In this document: piece after piece, positions 57,631-64,000 of the stretch
How positions within the stretch are numbered: position 1 is the first letter of the stretch
How the letters are laid out: every line of letters begins with the position of its first letter
Assembly (NCBI GenBank): GCA_002269645.1
Contig: NIVC01000955.1
Location: forward strand, 186,001-250,000
Direction: 5' to 3'
Source: Macrostomum lignano
Lineage: Eukaryota
Length of the DNA stretch: 64,000 bases
Program-made: the position numbers and the translations under genes
Notes under the pieces: model-generated
Seen by the model: the letters and a program-made list of their open reading frames with translations, nothing else
Database searches by the model: none
Told to the model about the DNA's origin: nothing

Positions 57631-58169
57631 GCGGTGCCTGAAAGGATTCGACAGCTGACTCGAATATTGCTAGCAGCAGAAGCTGCAGCAGCTGCTGCTA
57701 GAAGAAAATCCGTTTCCAATCAAATCGACAGAAGAGCTGGTCTCAGTCTGGTCAAGAATCGAACCCACCCCCCCCCCTGTTGCTGGCCGAACTCCTTTTC
57801 ACCTAAGCCCTCCCTCTTTCCCACGCCCGACATTGAAAACCGAAATTTCGGCTGGGAGCCCGCAGTCAGTCTAGAAAAGTGGATCGGAGAAAGTGTGAAA
57901 GCTTCATCAGGAGGTCAGGTTGACTTCTTCCTTCATGTCTTGGTTGTTTGTTTAACCTAACTGACTGGGGTTTTGGGTAACTGTGGAATGACCTCTTTCC
58001 TGCTATAGGCAAGTTGTTTTTTTACCAGTCCGACTGGTCAAGATCCTCCCAGCAACCAAAACCTTGTGAATCTGTTTTGCAGACCAGTCCTCATTTAATA
58101 TGTTAAACTTGTAGCTGACATTGATCAACTACAAAATCTATATTGACTTGTATGAAATTGACAGCATAA

Positions 58170-58500
58170 TGATAGAAGTGACAGGAGATAGAGGGAGTGA
58201 CAAGAGATAGGGAGAGTGACAAGAGATAGAGGGAGTGACAAACGATAGGGGGAGTGACAAGAGATAGAGAGAGTGACAAACTAGGGGGAGTGACAAGAGA
58301 TAGAGAGAGTGACAAACTAGGGGGAGTGACAAGAGATAGAGGGAGTGACAAGAGATAGAGAGTGACATGAGATAGAGGGAATGACAAGGGATAGAGAGAG
58401 TGACAAACGATAGGGGGAGTGACAAGAGATAGAGGGAGTGACAAGAGAAATAAAGTGACAAGAGATAAGGAGAGTGACAAGAGATAGAGGGATCTCCACA
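58170..58500. repeat. Degenerate ~20-bp repeat (GAGTGACAAGAGATAGAGG)
   Basis: Direct inspection. Confidence 0.9.
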
Positions 58501-59944
58501 AGAGAAATGGAGGGACAAGAGATAGGTGGAAATAAGAAGTGACAAGATATCGGGAGTTAGTAAGGCGCCATCAGAGACGTGGCAATTCTCATCAACCACC
58601 TCATTATTCAATTTCAACCCTATAATTTACCTAAAACAGCTCTTTACTTCCACAAGACGTTTAATGAGTTTCAGTCCTGAGTCGGTCGCAGACTCAAGCT
58701 GAACAGACACTATTGAGCATCAAGTGTGATGGTAGCATTATGAGTATTAGTACTGAACTAATAAGAGTAAAGCATCGAATTTCTCTCAAAATTGAATAGC
58801 TGACAACTCGTCTCCATTCAGTCAGATGTGTGCCTATTGAGACAAGGATAGCTAATTGAAGCTGGGGCCTCCCCCCATCAGCTCAAAGCTGCCGGCCCTC
58901 ATCCACTATTTATCCCCAGTAATTTCCATTGCAAAGCAGCTGGTCTGCGATAACCCCGCACTTGCCCCCCGTCTTCTCCCTCTATTGAATCGGCGCCCTG
59001 TAATCCGCTACCGAAGTTGTTGCGTAACACAGACTCTCCGCTTCATCGCTCCCCCTCCCCCTCTGGTCACCTGATAGTGCGTTGGCTGCCGCTAGCTTTT
59101 GAAAAAAACTCAGAGACAACTCAGCTTTGTCTGGCGTGTGAGACAGCGCGAGACTGACCGACTTACCCTGGGGGACCATCTGAGCTTAATCTCTCCCCAG
59201 CCCTCCCCCTTTAATCCGCTAGAATTATCCCATCAACCCGTATTAGGGATTCCGCGCGGTCCACGAGGGCTGCAACAAAGACCGACCTTAACCAACTGAC
59301 TGTATAGACTAATGTAGAAATACAATAAAAGTTGTGTAATATAAAATAGAGTTGATGACGAGAGTGAGAGAGAAAGCCAAGCCTCTGTGTACACACACAC
59401 ACACACACAGCGCATATTTATATTGATTTCTGAGCATCTGACACAGGAATTGGCCTACCGCTATAAGCCGCTGCCGCCGCCACCGCCCTAACCCCGAAAC
59501 CTCCCGGATACACCCGGAGGCAAAAGTGACAGCCGGTGACGAAACCTCCTTTGAAGCTGCCTGCCACCACCAGAGCAGCGCCTGTACGCATAGCTGCCAG
59601 TCTGCAAATCAATCGATGCAACCCCGACTCCTGACCGCTGCTGCCTGACGATCGATCGATGGATTCTCAGCCAGTCCAAGTTGACTGGTTCATTAGGGCC
59701 CGACTGAGTCCGTCCTCTATAGGCGATGTGCAACATGATTGATTGATTGAGTACTGGGTTGTTACTATCTATGTTTTGTACGCAAATAATATTTGACACT
59801 TGGCAATTCCCACTTTGGACTGCTCAGCCTGTCTCTAATTTCTGCCTAACCCAGCCTCAACTTAGTTAGTTGCTTTTTCCCAATTGCTTCATGTCTGTCT
59901 TCTTGTCTTCTTGCATCCCATCTCCTCTCTCTGACTGACGGGCC

Positions 59945-60550
59945 TCTCACTCTCCTCTCACTCTGTGCTGTCTCACTCTGAGCTGTCTCACTCTCCTCCT
60001 CTCACTCTGCTGTCTCACTCTGTCTCACTCTGTCTCACTCTGTCTCACTCTGTCTCAGTTTTTCTCACTCTGCTGTCTCACTCCCTGTCTCACTCTGCTG
60101 TCTCACTCTAATGTCTCACTCTCTGTCTCACTCTGCTGTCTCACTGCTGTCTCACTCTGATGTCTCACTCTCTGTCTCACTCTGCTGTCTCACTCCCTGC
60201 CTCACTCTGTCTCACTCTGCTGTCTCACTCCCTGTCTCACTCTGCTGTCTCACTCTAATGTCTCACTCTCTGTCTCACTCTGCTGTCTCACTCCCTGCCT
60301 CACTCTGTCTCACTCTGCTGTCTCACTCCCTGTCTCACTCTGCTGTCTCACTCTAATGTCTCACTCTCTGTCTCACTCTGCTGTCTCACTCCCTGCCTCA
60401 CTCTGTCTCACTCTGCTGTCTCACTCCCTGTCTCACTCTGCTGTCTCACTCTAATGTCTCACTCTCTGTCTCACTCTGCTGTCTCACTGCTGTCTCACTC
60501 TGATGTCTCACTCTCTGTCTCACTCTCTATCTCACTTCCTGTCTCACTCC
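59945..60550. repeat. Degenerate TGTCTCACTC(TGC) 10-13-bp repeat with higher-order blocks
   Basis: Direct inspection. Confidence 0.93.
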
Positions 60551-61139
60551 CTTTGTCCTCTTTTCCTCTTTCTTTCTCCTCTCTCCCTCACTGTCCGATT
60601 GTGCCTGGTAATGTGTCTCCGAGGTCAGTTTTCATTATTTTTCGCTACCAAACGGCAGAAAATTGACGCCCCTTTGATGCCCTCTGTCTGTCCCGTTTCC
60701 CTCTGTTCGGAGCTACAGACAGGATCGGGGCTCTCTTTGGTTGTCAACCAAAGAAAAAAGTATTAATATAATAAGAACCGCTAAGAATATTGCTAAAGCT
60801 AAGATACCCCTGCCATGTATTTGCTCTCAAGGCCTTTAGTACAATGTATGCGCAATTACAATCTCAATGTATAAAAAATACAATGCTAACTTCGAGCGTG
60901 TGTTTAATCTCATGACGGCTGTTGATAAGAAATTTCAGACAGGTTCATAACTGCTTATTCTACAAAGTGCAGCGTACTCGACTATACAGCGAGTAAGTGT
61001 GACTTTATTGCCTGATACTCAGTTGCTAAGGCCTGCGTTTGCTAATTAAATGATTAGCGGTTTGCTGGGTGACTCGTTAGGTGATTAAAATTAAAGAACA
61101 AGTGTGTCATTTCAAAATCTGGAAATCTTGAAAGAAACG

Positions 61140-64000
61140 ATGAGGTGTCTGGTGAGGTGTCTGGTGAGGTGTTTGGTGAGGTGTTTGATGAGGTGTCTGA
61201 TGCAGTGTCTGGTGAGGTGTCTGATGCAGTGTCTGGTGAGGTGTCTGGTGCAGTGTCTGGTGAGGTGTCTGATGCAGTGTCTAGTGAGGTGTCTGATGCA
61301 GTGTCTGGTGAGGTGCCTGGTGAGGTGTCTGGTGAGGTGTCTGATGCAGTGTCTGGTGAGGTGTCTGATGCAGTGTCTGGTGAGGTGTCTGATGCAGTGT
61401 CTAGTGAGGTGTCTGATGCAGTGTCTGGTGAGGTGCCTGGTGAGATGTCTGGTGAGGTGTATGATGCAGTGTCTGGTGAGGTGTATGATGCAGTGTCTGG
61501 TGAGGTGTCTGATGCAGTGTCTGGTGAGGTGTCTGGTGAGGTGTCTGGTTAGGTGTCTGATGCAGTGTCTGATGCAGTGTCTGGTGAGGTGTATGATGCA
61601 GTGTCTGATGAGGTGTATGATGCATTGTCTGGTGAGGTGTCTGATGCAGTGTCTGGTGAGGTGTCTGGTGAGGTGTCTGGTTAGGTGTCTGATGCAGTGT
61701 CTGGTGAGGTGTCTGGTGAGGTGTCTGGTGAGGTGTCTGATGCAGTGTCTGATGCAGTGTCTGGTGAGGTGTATGATGCAGTGTCTGATGAGGTGTCTGA
61801 TGCAGTGTCTGGTGAGGTGTCTGGTGAGGTGTCTGGTTAGGTGTCTGATGCAGTGTCTGGTGAGGTGTCTGGTTAGGTGTCTGATGCAGTGTCTGATGCC
61901 GTGTCTGGTGAGGTGTCTGATACAGTGTCTGGTGAGGTGTCTGGTGAGGTGTCTGATGCAGTGTCTGGTGAGGTGTCTGGTGAGGTGTCTGGTTAGGTGT
62001 CTGATGCAGTGTCTGATGCAGTGTCTGATGAGGTGTATGATGCAGTGTCTGGTGAGGTGTATGATGCAGTGTCTGTTGAGGTGTCTGGTGAGATGTCTGG
62101 TTAGGTGTATGATGCAGTGTCTGTTGAGGTGTATGATGCAGTGTCTGTTGAGGTGTCTGATGCAGTGTCTGGTTAGGTGTCTGATGCAGTGTCTGGTGAG
62201 GTGTCTCGTGAGGTGTCTGATGCAGTGTCTGGTGAGGTGTCTGATGCAGTGTCTGATGAGGTGTATGATGCAGTGTCTGGTGAGGTGTCTGGTGAGGTGT
62301 CTGGTGAGGTGTCTGATGCAGTGTCTGGTGAGGTGTCTGATGCAGTGTCTGGTGAGGTGTCTGATGCAGTGTCTGGTGAGGTGTATGATGCAGTGTCTGG
62401 TGAGGTGTCTGATGCAGTGTCTGGTGAGGTGTCTGATGCAGTGTCTGGTGAGGTGTATGATGCAGTGTCTGGTGAGGTGTCTGATGCAGTGTCTGGTGAG
62501 GTGTCTGATGCAGTGTCTGGTGAGGTGTCTGGTGAGGTGTCTGGTGAGGTGTCTGGTGAGGTGTTTGATGAGGTGTCTGATGCAGTGTCTGGTGAGGTGT
62601 CTGATGCAGTGTCTGATGAGGTGTCTGGTGCAGTGTCTGGTGAGGTGTATGATGCAGTGTCTGTTGAGGTGTCTGGTGAGATGTCTGGTTAGGTGTATGA
62701 TGCAGTGTCTGTTGAGGTGTATGATGCAGTGTCTGTTGAGGTGTCTGATGCAGTGTCTGGTTAGGTGTCTGATGCAGTGTCTGGTGAGGTGTCTCGTGAG
62801 GTGTCTGATGCAGTGTCTGGTGAGGTGTCTGATGCAGTGTCTGATGAGGTGTATGATGCAGTGTCTGGTGAGGTGTCTGGTGAGGTGTCTGGTGAGGTGT
62901 CTGATGCAGTGTCTGGTGAGGTGTCTGATGCAGTGTCTGGTGAGGTGTCTGATGCAGTGTCTGGTGAGGTGTATGATGCAGTGTCTGGTGAGGTGTCTGA
63001 TGCAGTGTCTGGTGAGGTGTCTGATGCAGTGTCTGGTGAGGTGTATGATGCAGTGTCTGGTGAGGTGTCTGATGCAGTGTCTGGTGAGGTGTCTGATGCA
63101 GTGTCTGGTGAGGTGTCTGGTGAGGTGTCTGGTGAGGTGTCTGGTGAGGTGTTTGATGAGGTGTCTGATGCAGTGTCTGGTGAGGTGTCTGATGCAGTGT
63201 CTGGTGAGGTGTCTGGTGCAGTGTCTGGTGAGGTGTCTGATGCAGTGTCTGGTGAGGTGCCTGGTGAGATGTCTGGTGAGGTGTATGATGCAGTGTCTGG
63301 TGAGGTGTATGATGCAGTGTCTGGTGAGGTGTCTGATGCAGTGTCTGGTGAGGTGTCTGGTGAGGTGTCTGGTTAGGTGTCTGATGCAGTGTCTGATGCA
63401 GTGTCTGATGAGGTGTATGATGCAGTGTCTGGTGAGGTGTTTGATGAGGTGTCTGATGCAGTGTCTGGTGAGGTGTCTGATGCAGTGTCTGGTGAGGTGT
63501 CTGGTGCAGTGTCTGGTGAGGTGTCTGATTCAGTGTCTGGTGAGGTGCCTGGTGAGATGTCTGGTGAGGTGTATGATGCAGTGTCTGGTGAGGTGTATGA
63601 TGCAGTGTCTGGTGAGGTGTCTGGTGAGGTGTCTGGTTAGGTGTCTGATGCAGTGTCTGATGCAGTGTCTGGTGAGGTGTATGATGCAGTGTCTGATGAG
63701 GTGTATGATGCAGTGTCTGGTGAGGTGTCTGATGCAGTGTCTGGTGAGGTGTCTGGTGAGGTGTCTGGTTAGGTGTCTGATGCAGTGTCTGGTGAGGTGT
63801 CTGGTGAGGTGTCTGGTGAGGTGTCTGATGCAGTGTCTGATGCAGTGTCTGATGAGGTGTATGATGCAGTGTCTGGTGAGGTGTCTGATGCAGTGTCTGG
63901 TGAGGTGTCTGGTGAGGTGTCTGGTTAGGTGTCTGATGCAGTGTCTGGTGAGGTGTCTGGTGAGGTGTCTGGTTAGGTGTCTGATGCAGTGTCTGATGCA
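61140..64000. repeat. 12-bp satellite (GTGTCTGGTGAG / GTGTCTGATGCA variants), running off the window end
   Basis: Strict 12-bp register; GGTTAG variant units put in-frame stops in the SDAV/SGEV frame. Confidence 0.99.

Noticed and set aside
59161-59180. ACTTACCCTGGGGG resembles the U1 snRNA 5' end
   Set aside because: No further U1 similarity; better explained as a minus-strand CAGG|GTAAGT donor.

Overview
This window is metazoan nuclear DNA with spliceosomal GT-AG introns; its style (intron-filling minisatellites, CpG-rich low-complexity genes) resembles the flatworm Macrostomum, but that is inference only. The left half holds five supportable genes: an intronless 1.2-kaa orphan with a class-I SAM-methyltransferase fold plus an RS/K-rich tail (-), an intronless alpha2delta-like VWA/dCache protein (+), and the co-oriented trio NME6, SCOC and DBNL/Abp1 (+). 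Between them is a CpG-depleted block of transposon relics (two mariners, several MITEs). The right half (35-64 kb) is mostly tandem arrays, a 5'-truncated RTE LINE and candidate micro-exons of an unidentified minus-strand gene. The most striking items are: (1) a hAT-type MITE carrying a 64-nt copy of the 28S rRNA R2/I-PpoI/Pokey target site, altered exactly at the cleavage site, with a 62-bp sibling element that has a clean 8-bp TSD; (2) an Abp1 with an 11-fold amplified linker motif; (3) intronic minisatellites whose units contain splice-signal motifs. All family assignments come from motif recognition and recalled consensus sequences; no database searches were run and copy numbers are approximate.
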